Positions 28,265 through 36,826 of a stretch of DNA of 64,000 bases are shown one piece after another; positions within the stretch are counted from its first letter, which is position 1; the number at the start of each line of letters is the position of its first letter. The stretch is taken from NCBI GenBank assembly GCA_965372715.1, contig CBDVDH010000014.1, positions 4,298 to 68,297 on the forward strand, written 5' to 3'. The notes under the pieces were generated by a model. That model did not search any database, was not told the DNA's origin, and was given only the letters and a program-made list of their open reading frames with translations. The translations under genes were made by a program, and so were the position numbers. The DNA comes from an uncultured bacterium. GTDB lineage: Bacteria > B130-G9.

Positions 28265-29773
28265 CTAGAGCAGCACGGGCCCCACAGATCTGTGCTGCCC
28301 AAATGGTTCCGCGAGCCCGCCAAAGTCCTTACTTCCTTGCTTGGGATGGCCTGACCAATCCTCAATACAGCTGCCCGTACTGGAACCGCTGGGGTCTGTC
28401 AACCCGGCAGGTCGGCCACCGGTGACGAGACGGCCGCCCGCTTCAAGTCCTATGTTGTCGACCTCTCGCTGTAAGCCAGCCATATCTGCTTCCAAACCTG
28501 CCATCACACCGCTAAGCGCATCCCCGAACACGTCGCCCTGGAACTGGAACGCCGTACCATACATCATCTCCCCTAACAATCCGGGAGGCATTGACATACC
28601 GCCGGCTGCTTTTATTCCACATAGGCCCGCACCGATGCCGCAAGCGCCTGCTCCGATCAAAAGCAAAGATCCTCCACTCCCCATAATCGCCAGACAGCCG
28701 CCGATACCGACCAAGCAACTGCCAGTGACGCCCCACTTATTGATCGGCTTGGAAGAACGTATGGTAATGGATATTCTGAATCCAGTGCAATACCATATCC
28801 ACACGAAAGGGAAGTAACCGCAAATGGTCCCTATATCGCCTGCATCGGCTTGAACTGAGTGACTCGCCATCCCCATCGCATCCGTGTAGTTTGCGGGAGA
28901 GTTGCCACAGTAGGCATAGAGGCTTTGGAGTGAGAAGATGGGGTCGCGGCTGAAGAAGCGGCCGAGGGATTGATTGTAGTAGCGGGCGCGGTAGAAGTAG
29001 TTGCCCATCGCGCCGTCATAGACGCGGCCGGTGAAGCGGTACATGCAGTCCACCTGCCCGGAGTGATAGGTCGTGGTGGGTTCGCCGAAGGCGTCGTAGC
29101 TGTAGGTTGTTTTGAGGGTTTCGTTCTCGTCGAGGATGTCGATTATGGAGCCCAGGCGATCTTTCATGAGGTAGTAGGTGTCGCCGGCCTGCTTCGCTGT
29201 CTTGTCCGTCATCGAGAGGGGTTCGTCTATCCAGGGGCCGTGCGTGTATTCCTTCCTAACGGTTGACCAGTTGCTGTCGTATTCTTGAATGACGTCATCG
29301 CCGTCGTAAAAGAACTTACGCGTGCCGGATGAATCCGTCAAGCTGAGGCGCTTGCTGTCGGGGCCGTAGGTCATCGACTGGATTGAGCTCATTCCCTCGG
29401 TGACGGATGTCAGCCGATCAAACGCGTCGAACGCATAGCTGCGAGTCACGCCGCCAGTCGTCTTCCCCGTCATGTTTCCGTTGTTATCGTGAGTGTAGCT
29501 GGTCCCGACAGTGCCCTCGGTCGATTGCGTAAGCTGATCGGCGGCGTTGTAGATGTAGGACACGGTAGCGTCCGAGCTGCGTGCCCACTCCGTTCTGTTG
29601 CCGTTATCGTCGAACGTGAACGTGTCCGTGTTGCCCGCCGGATACGAGACCTCGGTCAGCGGATACATACTTAGGGAGCGAAGGAGGCCACGACCGTTCC
29701 GTTGAACTTCTTGATGACGATCATGTCTGCTTTCTTGTCCCAATAGACTAGCTGCTCTCCGTCCAGATCCCAA
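28265..29773 (-). CDS. Orphan Rhs/YD-repeat C-terminal cassette with a glycine-zipper membrane-active-like tip. The N-terminal boundary is uncertain.
   Basis: YD repeats, then the Rhs core-end motif YDAFGEPTTTYHSGQVDCMYRFTGRVYDGAMGNYFYRARYYNQSLGRFFSRDPI. The variable tip contains GSCLVGIGGCLAIMGSGGSLLLIGAGACGIGAGLCGIKAAGG (GxxxG zipper) and a conserved tail MPPGLLGEMM...DWSGHP. Confidence 0.75.
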   Translation of the reverse strand: MGSGRRAASLLGQESRHDRHQEVQRNGRGLLRSLSMYPLTEVSYPAGNTDTFTFDDNGNRTEWARSSDATVSYIYNAADQLTQSTEGTVGTSYTHDNNGNMTGKTTGGVTRSYAFDAFDRLTSVTEGMSSIQSMTYGPDSKRLSLTDSSGTRKFFYDGDDVIQEYDSNWSTVRKEYTHGPWIDEPLSMTDKTAKQAGDTYYLMKDRLGSIIDILDENETLKTTYSYDAFGEPTTTYHSGQVDCMYRFTGRVYDGAMGNYFYRARYYNQSLGRFFSRDPIFSLQSLYAYCGNSPANYTDAMGMASHSVQADAGDIGTICGYFPFVWIWYCTGFRISITIRSSKPINKWGVTGSCLVGIGGCLAIMGSGGSLLLIGAGACGIGAGLCGIKAAGGMSMPPGLLGEMMYGTAFQFQGDVFGDALSGVMAGLEADMAGLQREVDNIGLEAGGRLVTGGRPAGLTDPSGSSTGSCIEDWSGHPKQGSKDFGGLAEPFGQHRSVGPVLL

Positions 29774-30996
29774 TCAAAAGGCGTGTAGCCTCGGGCGTCT
29801 TTGGGGAAATCGAGGATCATGACTGGCTCGGGCAAGGTCAGTCTCGAGAGTAGCGTCCCTTCAAGATCATAGACAGCATAGCCAGATATGGCCAATGCGT
29901 CCTCCTCCCACTCACCCTTCAGTAGCCCGAATCTTTTGTTGTCACGGGAACACCGGATTCTTAAGGCGTGCACCTCCTTCAGCACCAGTTTTTTGTGTCC
30001 GGTACCTGTTTCGAGGCGCCAGAGAGTGCAGGACCGACTTGACAGGTGTGCGCCTTCCCGCGCAACGTAGAACATGAACCTCAGGTCGGGCGTAACTCCC
30101 GAAAGACCACGCGTACCTGCAACCAGAGTCTTGCCGGCCTGGACGAAGTCCGCGGTAGCTTCAGGACCTAAGGGATTGCCTCGCACGACGCCCACAATTG
30201 GCTCGGCGTCCGGCGGCAAAACGCAGCTGTCAACCGATACTGTATCCTCTGGCAACGGAATAAGCTTTTCGAGCGAGCCATCTTCCAGAGAGTATATCGC
30301 CACGTTGATACGACTATTCGATACCTTGTCAGGGGGCGCGGAGTGAACGCGCTCGAACTGGCCAGCGCCAGGCCTCTTCGCCAGAGATCCGGGAATGTGT
30401 TTTCCTTGGATGATGACCGGAAGTACTCCTGGAGACACGCCAACCTTGTAAACACAAATCCCGACATCCTCGGTTCTGCAAAGCAAAGTATCCAACAACG
30501 CGTTCTCGCTATCCAAGCAATAGATACACGGAAGGATGGAACCACCGACATCCTCCCCCCGCAGGAGCCGCTCGCACTCGTCACCGCGAACCCCATTCAG
30601 AAGAAAAAAGCGTGGGAAACCCGCATTGGAGAAGAACGGGAAGCACGGCATCCGGCCCGACCCAGCGATTTCTTGAAACCTGTGCACCGCTACGTCTGGT
30701 CCCGACCAAAAACAGAGCTGACCAAGCTCAATGGGATGCGCGGTGTCCCCATTAACCACGATGGTCCGGGTCCTCTTGAGATACGCAACGGAAGAACTTT
30801 CAGCAACAAAGGCGAGGTCTCGAACTCCTTGGCACCGTTTCTCTTCAGCGCCGATTCTGCCTGATCCACCGAGATGGCAACCTGATATCAGAAGGGCGCA
30901 GACCACCAGAAGGGCTATGACCGGCAATCTAGGTTTGTGTCTTCCTCGGAAGACCCTGGTCCATGATCGATCTCTCTGCATACTGTTGTCTCCCAA
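29671..30996 (-). CDS. Lipoprotein of unknown function; candidate immunity or accessory protein of the upstream Rhs cassette.
   Basis: Lipobox-like LLVVCALLISGC after a basic N-terminus; there are no recognisable catalytic motifs. The annotated 5' end overlaps the start region of the 28265..29773 ORF, so one of the two starts is likely internal. Confidence 0.4.
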   Translation of the reverse strand: MGDNSMQRDRSWTRVFRGRHKPRLPVIALLVVCALLISGCHLGGSGRIGAEEKRCQGVRDLAFVAESSSVAYLKRTRTIVVNGDTAHPIELGQLCFWSGPDVAVHRFQEIAGSGRMPCFPFFSNAGFPRFFLLNGVRGDECERLLRGEDVGGSILPCIYCLDSENALLDTLLCRTEDVGICVYKVGVSPGVLPVIIQGKHIPGSLAKRPGAGQFERVHSAPPDKVSNSRINVAIYSLEDGSLEKLIPLPEDTVSVDSCVLPPDAEPIVGVVRGNPLGPEATADFVQAGKTLVAGTRGLSGVTPDLRFMFYVAREGAHLSSRSCTLWRLETGTGHKKLVLKEVHALRIRCSRDNKRFGLLKGEWEEDALAISGYAVYDLEGTLLSRLTLPEPVMILDFPKDARGYTPFDWDLDGEQLVYWDKKADMIVIKKFNGTVVASFAP

Positions 30997-31115
30997 TATT
31001 AAAAGTTTGACGCCTTCATTCCTGGTTCCCGCATGAGACCCGGCGCAAGGCCGGCAGTTTGGGTCAGCGACTCAGCATTAGGGGCATCAAATTCAATGCA
31101 ACACTCGTGATCCTG

Positions 31116-32732
31116 CTACAGTATCAGGGGGCCTTCTGGGTCAGAAGCAATCGGAGGTGGTTCGACTAGCTTTCGCTTGCCACCCCCCTGATCGGGATGA
31201 CCACTCCAGTCGTTGATGCGGCTGCATCCAGTGCGATCCCCCAAGCCAGGGTCAGTGAATCCCGGACGCTCACCGCCTGTAAGGAGCCGGGTGTTGTCGA
31301 TCTCTCGCTGCAGAAATCGCATTTGTGCCTCAATTCCTGCCATCAGGCCGCGAAACACATCCTGGCCCGGGTTGCTCTGGCCCCCTTGGAGCATCTGGCC
31401 TATCATCATCTCCCCTATCAACCCAGGAGGCATTCCCATTCCATTGCACAAGCCTTCCCCGATAGCCACGCCAATGGTGAAGGCACCTGCCGCAGCCTTA
31501 TGTGGCTTCTTCTTGATTATGCCTGTTGCGAGGTCGGATGCCCCTTTCGCGGCGCCCCGGCCCTTAGCCCAGCCATATGCCTTTCGCCAACCCCACTCGA
31601 TCGCATCTGCAACGGGATGTTTCGGGCCTGAGCAGGGAAGAATTATCCACCACCACCAAGGGCCTGGCACCGCGACTGGGATGCCACCGTCAATGTCTCC
31701 GCCTTGGCTTGACAAGTTCAGATCATTGGAGCCGATTGAGCTGCCGGCGAGCATGCCAAATGGGTCGGTGAAGTTTTGGGGGGAGTTGTTGCAGTAGGCG
31801 TAGAGGGAGGAGAGGGACATGATGGGGTCGCGGGAGAAGAAGCGCCCGAGGGATTGGTTGTAGTAGCGGGCGCGGTAGAAGTAGGCGCCCATCGCTCCGT
31901 CATAGACACGGCCAGTGAAGCGATACATGCAGTCCACCTGCCCTGAGTGATACGTCGCGGTTGGCTCGCCGAACGCGTCGTAGCTGTAAGTGGTTTTGAG
32001 GGTCTCGTTCTCGTCCAAGATATCTATTATCGAGCCGAGGCGGTCCTTCATCAGGTAGTAGGTGTCGTCCGCCTGCTTCGCCGTCTTGTCAGTCATTGAG
32101 AGAGGCTCGTCAACCCAGGGCCCGTGCGTGTATTCTTTTCTAACGGTTGACCAGTTGGAGTCATATTCCTGAATCACATCGTTTCCGTCATAGAAGAACT
32201 TACGCGTGCCGGACGAGTCTGTCAAGCTGAGGCGCTTGCTGTCAGGGCCGTAGGTCATCGACTGGAGCGTCGTTTGCCCCTGGACGACGGAGCTCATCCG
32301 GTCGAATGGGTCGTAGTTGAACGTCTTGGTGACGCCGCCGGTCGTCTCACCGGTGAGGTTCCCGTTGTTGTCGTGGGAGTAACTCGTGCCGATTGTGCCC
32401 TCGGTCGATTGTGTCAGCTGGTCGGCGGAGTTGTAGATGTAGGACACGGTGGCGTTCGAGCTGCGTGCCCACTCCGTCCTGTTGCCGTTGTTGTCATACG
32501 TGAACGTGTCGGTATTCCCCGCTGGATAGGAGACTTCGGTCAGCTGCCCCTCGGCGTCGTAGCTGTATTCCGTCTCGCCAACGTTGTACTCGTCCTTCTC
32601 GGTGACCTGCCCGCAGGCGTCGAACGTGTATTCGATGCTCGACACAGTCGTCCCGTCCGACTTCAGGTTGTCAATCGCCCACATCCGGCCTCTCCTCAGC
32701 AAGGGCGAGTGTGTCTCCAATGACTCGGCCAA
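31116..32732 (-). CDS. Orphan Rhs/YD-repeat C-terminal cassette with a Trp-rich/glycine-rich tip that differs from 28265..29773.
   Basis: It starts in YD repeats (MWAIDNLKSDGTTVSSIEYTFDACGQ...), has the core-end motif ...YFYRARYYNQSLGRFFSRDPI, then PGPWWWWIILPC...GAFTIGVAIGEGLCNGMG and the shared MPPGLIGEMM...DWSGHP tail. Confidence 0.75.
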   Translation of the reverse strand: MAESLETHSPLLRRGRMWAIDNLKSDGTTVSSIEYTFDACGQVTEKDEYNVGETEYSYDAEGQLTEVSYPAGNTDTFTYDNNGNRTEWARSSNATVSYIYNSADQLTQSTEGTIGTSYSHDNNGNLTGETTGGVTKTFNYDPFDRMSSVVQGQTTLQSMTYGPDSKRLSLTDSSGTRKFFYDGNDVIQEYDSNWSTVRKEYTHGPWVDEPLSMTDKTAKQADDTYYLMKDRLGSIIDILDENETLKTTYSYDAFGEPTATYHSGQVDCMYRFTGRVYDGAMGAYFYRARYYNQSLGRFFSRDPIMSLSSLYAYCNNSPQNFTDPFGMLAGSSIGSNDLNLSSQGGDIDGGIPVAVPGPWWWWIILPCSGPKHPVADAIEWGWRKAYGWAKGRGAAKGASDLATGIIKKKPHKAAAGAFTIGVAIGEGLCNGMGMPPGLIGEMMIGQMLQGGQSNPGQDVFRGLMAGIEAQMRFLQREIDNTRLLTGGERPGFTDPGLGDRTGCSRINDWSGHPDQGGGKRKLVEPPPIASDPEGPLIL

Positions 32733-32768
32733 ACCGATGCCATTCAGGAACTATCGCGCGCAACCCAA

Positions 32769-33065
32769 TCACTGGTTCTCTTCTTGAGATTCGTGTTTCT
32801 TGATTTCTTCGTTGTATTGACACAGCAGCAATCTCAGCATCATCAAATACAAGACTGGGAAACCGATTACACCCACTGCGACCACCACATACACGGCCAG
32901 ACCGAAGTCTCTCGGATGACCGCGGCTCATCATACTCACTAGAACCATAACTCCCAGCCCAAACACTATAGTAGCAATAACACTGGATGAAAATGCCGCG
33001 ACTGAGCCCACGGACCGTTGTACCCACGCCCGGGGGTTTCTAAATGGATTGATGAAGATTTTCAT
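32769..33065 (-). CDS. Small membrane protein; candidate immunity protein.
   Basis: Two or three TM helices (VAAFSSSVIATIVFGLGVMVLVSMM, LAVYVVVAVGVIGFPVLYLMML). It lies between two Rhs cassettes on the same strand. Confidence 0.4.
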   Translation of the reverse strand: MKIFINPFRNPRAWVQRSVGSVAAFSSSVIATIVFGLGVMVLVSMMSRGHPRDFGLAVYVVVAVGVIGFPVLYLMMLRLLLCQYNEEIKKHESQEENQ

Positions 33066-33128
33066 GCGCTCATTTCCTTGTAAGTCATGAATGTGATTCC
33101 CCGACGCGTCACCTGTTGTGTCATTCTG

Positions 33129-34175
33129 TTATGGCCATCTGGGGTTATGGGGATCGAATTCGGAGCCCTTGGGATCACCTTCGCCTGCATGATCTTCCTC
33201 ACCGCCAATAGGATTGTCCATAATGAGGACGGCAACACCAACCCCGGCGATGGCAATGCCGCCTGTCGTACTAATTCCCAAGATACCAGCCACGAAACCA
33301 GCTACGGTCAAGGCCGCCCCAAGAACACTCCAGGAGCTGGTTTCCTCTTCCGCCTCCTCTTCCTTCACCCATACCGTCTCCCCATCATCCGCTACGTATT
33401 TCTCGGCACCATCCTCGTCCTTCTCGCCGGTGCTTGTATAGGTTTTGCCATTGATCACTATCTTATCGCCTTTCTTCGAGCACGGCAGTCCCGTCATCCT
33501 GCGATGCCAAATTAGGCCAAACCCCATTTCGCTGGGGACGAACTCATCTCCGCCGATAGAGAGCCCTAACATCCCGAACGGGTCCTTGAAGTTCGTGGGG
33601 CTGTTGTTGCAGTAGGCATAGAGGGATTGGAGTGAGAAGATGGGATCGCGGGAGAAGAAGCGGCCGAGCGATTGGTTGTCGTAGCGGGCTCGGTAGAAGT
33701 AGGCGCCCATTGCGCCGTCATAGACGCGGCCGGTGAAGCGATACATGCAATCGACCTGGCCGCTGTGGTGGGTTGCGGTTGGCTCGCCGAACGCGTCGTA
33801 GCTATATGTTGTCTTGAGCGTCTCGTTCTCGTCGAGGATGTTGATTATGGAGCCGAGGCGATCTTTCATTAGGTAGTAGGTGTCGCCGGCCTCTCTTGCA
33901 GTCTTGTCGGTCATGGAGAGTGGCTCATCGATCCAGGGCCCGTGCGTGTATTCTTTGGTCACGGTGCTCCAGTTTGAGTCATATTCCTGAATCACGTCGT
34001 TTCCATCGTAGAAGAACTTGCGCGTGCCGGACGCGTCTGTCAAGCTGAGGCGCTTGCTGTCGGGGCCGTAGGTCATTGATTGGAGCGTCGATTGGCCCTG
34101 GACGACGGAGGTCATCCGGTTGAACGCGTCGTAGTTGAACGTCTTGGTTACGCCGCCGGTCGTCTGGGTTGTCAT
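33129..34175 (-). CDS. Orphan Rhs/YD-repeat C-terminal cassette with an acidic and glycine-zipper tip.
   Basis: Core-end motif ...YFYRARYDNQSLGRFFSRDPI, followed by the unique tip ...EEEAEEETSSWSVLGAALTVAGFVAGILGISTTGGIAIAGVGVAVLIMDNPIGGEEDHAGEGD. Confidence 0.75.
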   Translation of the reverse strand: MTTQTTGGVTKTFNYDAFNRMTSVVQGQSTLQSMTYGPDSKRLSLTDASGTRKFFYDGNDVIQEYDSNWSTVTKEYTHGPWIDEPLSMTDKTAREAGDTYYLMKDRLGSIINILDENETLKTTYSYDAFGEPTATHHSGQVDCMYRFTGRVYDGAMGAYFYRARYDNQSLGRFFSRDPIFSLQSLYAYCNNSPTNFKDPFGMLGLSIGGDEFVPSEMGFGLIWHRRMTGLPCSKKGDKIVINGKTYTSTGEKDEDGAEKYVADDGETVWVKEEEAEEETSSWSVLGAALTVAGFVAGILGISTTGGIAIAGVGVAVLIMDNPIGGEEDHAGEGDPKGSEFDPHNPRWP

Positions 34176-34277
34176 GTTGCCGTCCCTAGCCTGACGCGAA
34201 CCGGGAAATGAGATTTTTGCAGCGTATGGCTGCCTCCGCTTGATGGAGCCGTCCGAATGCGCGTAAACGACGGGCGC

Positions 34278-35537
34278 CTATTTGCCCGCCGTCGGTGGCG
34301 ATGGCTTCTTTGCGTCCTTGAGTATCTTCCCGACACCGTATGTCGCCTTCTTCAAGACCTTAGCCTTATTGGTCTTGAAGTCATACCTGATTATCCTCCA
34401 TGGTCTTGGTGGCGGGATGTGATAGATCAGGCAATCCTCATGATCGAAGTAATGCCAACAGTCAAGTGTTGTACACGGCGAAAGATCGCCGCTGGTAACG
34501 ACGGCCCTTCGTGCTACAACGTTCAGGGTCCGATCGGTTGTGGTAAGGTGCAGTGTCTCTCCGTTGCAGCTGGCGAAAACGAGGCGATCGCCGGGAACGG
34601 ACCAACCCATACGGGTCTGGTTCGATTTGCCTGGCATATCAGGTACGGCGGTCGGCCCAGCAATTTGGGCTATTCGGCCGCTCGAAAGAGCCCAAATCGA
34701 GACGAGGGACCGCTTGGCTCCCGGGGCCTTGTGAAACGCCGAGAAATAATTGCGGTCGCAGGAAAAAGCAAGAGTGTCGGCATCCAATGGGTCTTCGTCC
34801 GTTAGGTAATGACTGGCGGCTCCCTTTGAAAGGTCTGACAGGTTGAAGGTAACAGCATAGATGCGTGGCCCACCCTTGGGCTCGCTCCTGAACTCTCTCA
34901 TCAGAAGGCCAATGTGGCTATCGGAAGTGTCCAGCAATGTACCCACCAAGCTCGAGCCCCTGGGGACGGAATAAGGCGCCTCGGCTAAGATCCTCCCGTC
35001 CGGACGTGCAATCCTGAATAGCCAACGCTCAAAAGGGCCATCCTCCTCGGCAGAGCGCTCCTCTGCTTTGAATACGAACGCCCATCCCTCGAGAGAAGCA
35101 AGATAAGAGGAGACACACGCAGGAAAAGGCACGCTCGGGAGCTCTATTCTATACTTCGACACGGCCTCCCTTTTTCCTGTTTGCAGAACCTCAAACCAGA
35201 AGCGCGGTATGCGCTCCACTCGATAAATCATAACACCCAAGTCTCTCGGTGAAGCCTCCTCAATTATGGCCAGAAGGCTGTACTCGGGGACGATCTGCTC
35301 ATTTTCCCGGTCGAGCAAAACCACCCACTCATCGCATCCAACCAAATAGAGCTTCGCTTGAAATTCTACCTTCGCCTCCTCGGGATACTGTGATGGAGCA
35401 GGCCATTTCGTTTCCCAAATCACTAGATTGCCCGACTCTGTCGGGCTTGAGAAGATGAAAGACCCGGAATACTTCCGCTCCGCCGCCAAAACCTGGGGTA
35501 GAAGCAGCAACAGAATGAGTAAGCTACGACCAATCAT
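34278..35537 (-). CDS. Secreted protein of unknown function; candidate immunity or accessory protein.
   Basis: Signal peptide MIGRSLLILLLLLPQVLAAE; no recognisable catalytic motifs. It lies downstream of the 35600..36463 cassette. Confidence 0.4.
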   Translation of the reverse strand: MIGRSLLILLLLLPQVLAAERKYSGSFIFSSPTESGNLVIWETKWPAPSQYPEEAKVEFQAKLYLVGCDEWVVLLDRENEQIVPEYSLLAIIEEASPRDLGVMIYRVERIPRFWFEVLQTGKREAVSKYRIELPSVPFPACVSSYLASLEGWAFVFKAEERSAEEDGPFERWLFRIARPDGRILAEAPYSVPRGSSLVGTLLDTSDSHIGLLMREFRSEPKGGPRIYAVTFNLSDLSKGAASHYLTDEDPLDADTLAFSCDRNYFSAFHKAPGAKRSLVSIWALSSGRIAQIAGPTAVPDMPGKSNQTRMGWSVPGDRLVFASCNGETLHLTTTDRTLNVVARRAVVTSGDLSPCTTLDCWHYFDHEDCLIYHIPPPRPWRIIRYDFKTNKAKVLKKATYGVGKILKDAKKPSPPTAGK

Positions 35538-35599
35538 GTCTCTATATGCTCCTTTGCTGCAAAAGCGTGTTGTTCCACCAACAATCGGGAATTCTATCT

Positions 35600-36463
35600 T
35601 CAGCCCTCCGGAAATTCAAGATCGGGACGTCGAAAGGCTATCGCTGGGTCTGGCGGCGGCGGGAGGTCCCCATTGAGGGCCCAAAGCATGCAAGCCCCTG
35701 GACACCACAACCGCACTGCCCACCCGTAGTCCTCCGGGCTCAGATTGTCCCACGCGCAACTGGTGCAGCACCTCAGACAACAGGACAGCTTTTTCCCAAA
35801 ATCGGTGTGCTGCGCACATTTCTCGGCGAGGCATTTGATAACCCAAACATAGAACTTGCCCCAATCTGAGACCTTGCCAACAACTGCACGCATACGTTCG
35901 ACCTCAATGGGGCCGAAGAAGGCCTCGATTGGGTCCACCAAAGGCTCGTACTCGGGGCGGCCCGTCAGCGATTCGTCTGACAGCCCCGTCGGGTCGGTGA
36001 AGTTTGCCGGCGAGTTGTTGCAGTATGCGTAGAGGGATTGCAGCGAGAAGATGGGATCGCGGCAGAAGAAGCGGCCCAATGATTGGTTGTAATACCTCGC
36101 CCGATAGAAGTAGTTGCCCATCGCGCCATCATAGACGCGGCCTGTGAAGCGGTACATGCAATCAACTTGGCCGCTGTGGTGGGTGATTGTGGGGTCGCCG
36201 AAGGCGTCGTAGCTGTAGGTTGTTTTGAGGGTTTCGTTCTCGTCGAGGATGTCGATTATCGAGCCGAGGCGATCTTTCATTAGGTAGTAGGTGTCGCCGG
36301 CCTCCCTTGCAGTCTTGTCCGTCATCGGCGGAGAGCCTCCGCTCCCGAGACATGGGCCGAGGCGCCGCGTTCGCGTCGCTTCGGCTGTGGAGGCGAGCTC
36401 GGAACGTGCGAGCCGTCCGGTTTCATACGCAGGTAGAGAAAGGTATCCGAGTGCCGTGGGCAC
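35600..36463 (-). CDS. Orphan Rhs C-terminal cassette with a Cys-rich tip. It is degraded at the 5' end, where frame changes join it to fragment 36322..36594.
   Basis: ...MTDKTAREAGDTYYLMKDRLGS...YFYRARYYNQSLGRFFCRDPI, then the tip ...CLAEKCAQHTDFGKKLSCCLRCCTSCAWDN...LWCPGACMLW. Confidence 0.65.
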   Translation of the reverse strand: MPTALGYLSLPAYETGRLARSELASTAEATRTRRLGPCLGSGGSPPMTDKTAREAGDTYYLMKDRLGSIIDILDENETLKTTYSYDAFGDPTITHHSGQVDCMYRFTGRVYDGAMGNYFYRARYYNQSLGRFFCRDPIFSLQSLYAYCNNSPANFTDPTGLSDESLTGRPEYEPLVDPIEAFFGPIEVERMRAVVGKVSDWGKFYVWVIKCLAEKCAQHTDFGKKLSCCLRCCTSCAWDNLSPEDYGWAVRLWCPGACMLWALNGDLPPPPDPAIAFRRPDLEFPEG

Positions 36464-36594
36464 CTGTCGGGAACGTAGGTCATGGATTGGAGCGTCGATT
36501 GGCCCTGGACGACGGAGGTCATCCGGTCAAAGCAGTCGTAAGCGTAGCTGCGCATCGTCACGGCCTCCCTAAGGCTTGACGAGGGCCCATACAC
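36322..36594 (-). pseudogene. Short Rhs/YD fragment (SYAYDCFDRMTSVVQGQSTLQSMTY) in a different frame from the following cassette.
   Basis: Matches the YD-repeat region of the other cassettes, then runs out of frame. Confidence 0.5.
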
Positions 36595-36826
36595 AAAAAC
36601 AAAAAACCAGTATAATCTTATCGCGCTCGAGAAGGGATGTCAAATGTTTTTTGCACGCTTTTTTTGACGATTTCGCGGACACTGCTTTTTCTCGGGACAT
36701 TCAAGATTCGGATATGAATACGTTTCTGTGCAGCGGAACTGCGCCTGAATAGGATAAGGCCGCGCGTCAAGTCGCCTCGCGAGGAGGGGAGCCGCGCCCT
36801 GGATGGGACACGGCCCCGGAGTATCT

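Noticed and set aside
29671-29773. Overlap between the annotated start of Rhs cassette 28265..29773 and the lipoprotein gene 29671..30996.
   Set aside because: It probably reflects the orphan cassette lacking a genuine start codon (the ORF is extended upstream to the first ATG) rather than true overlapping coding. The boundary was left uncertain.
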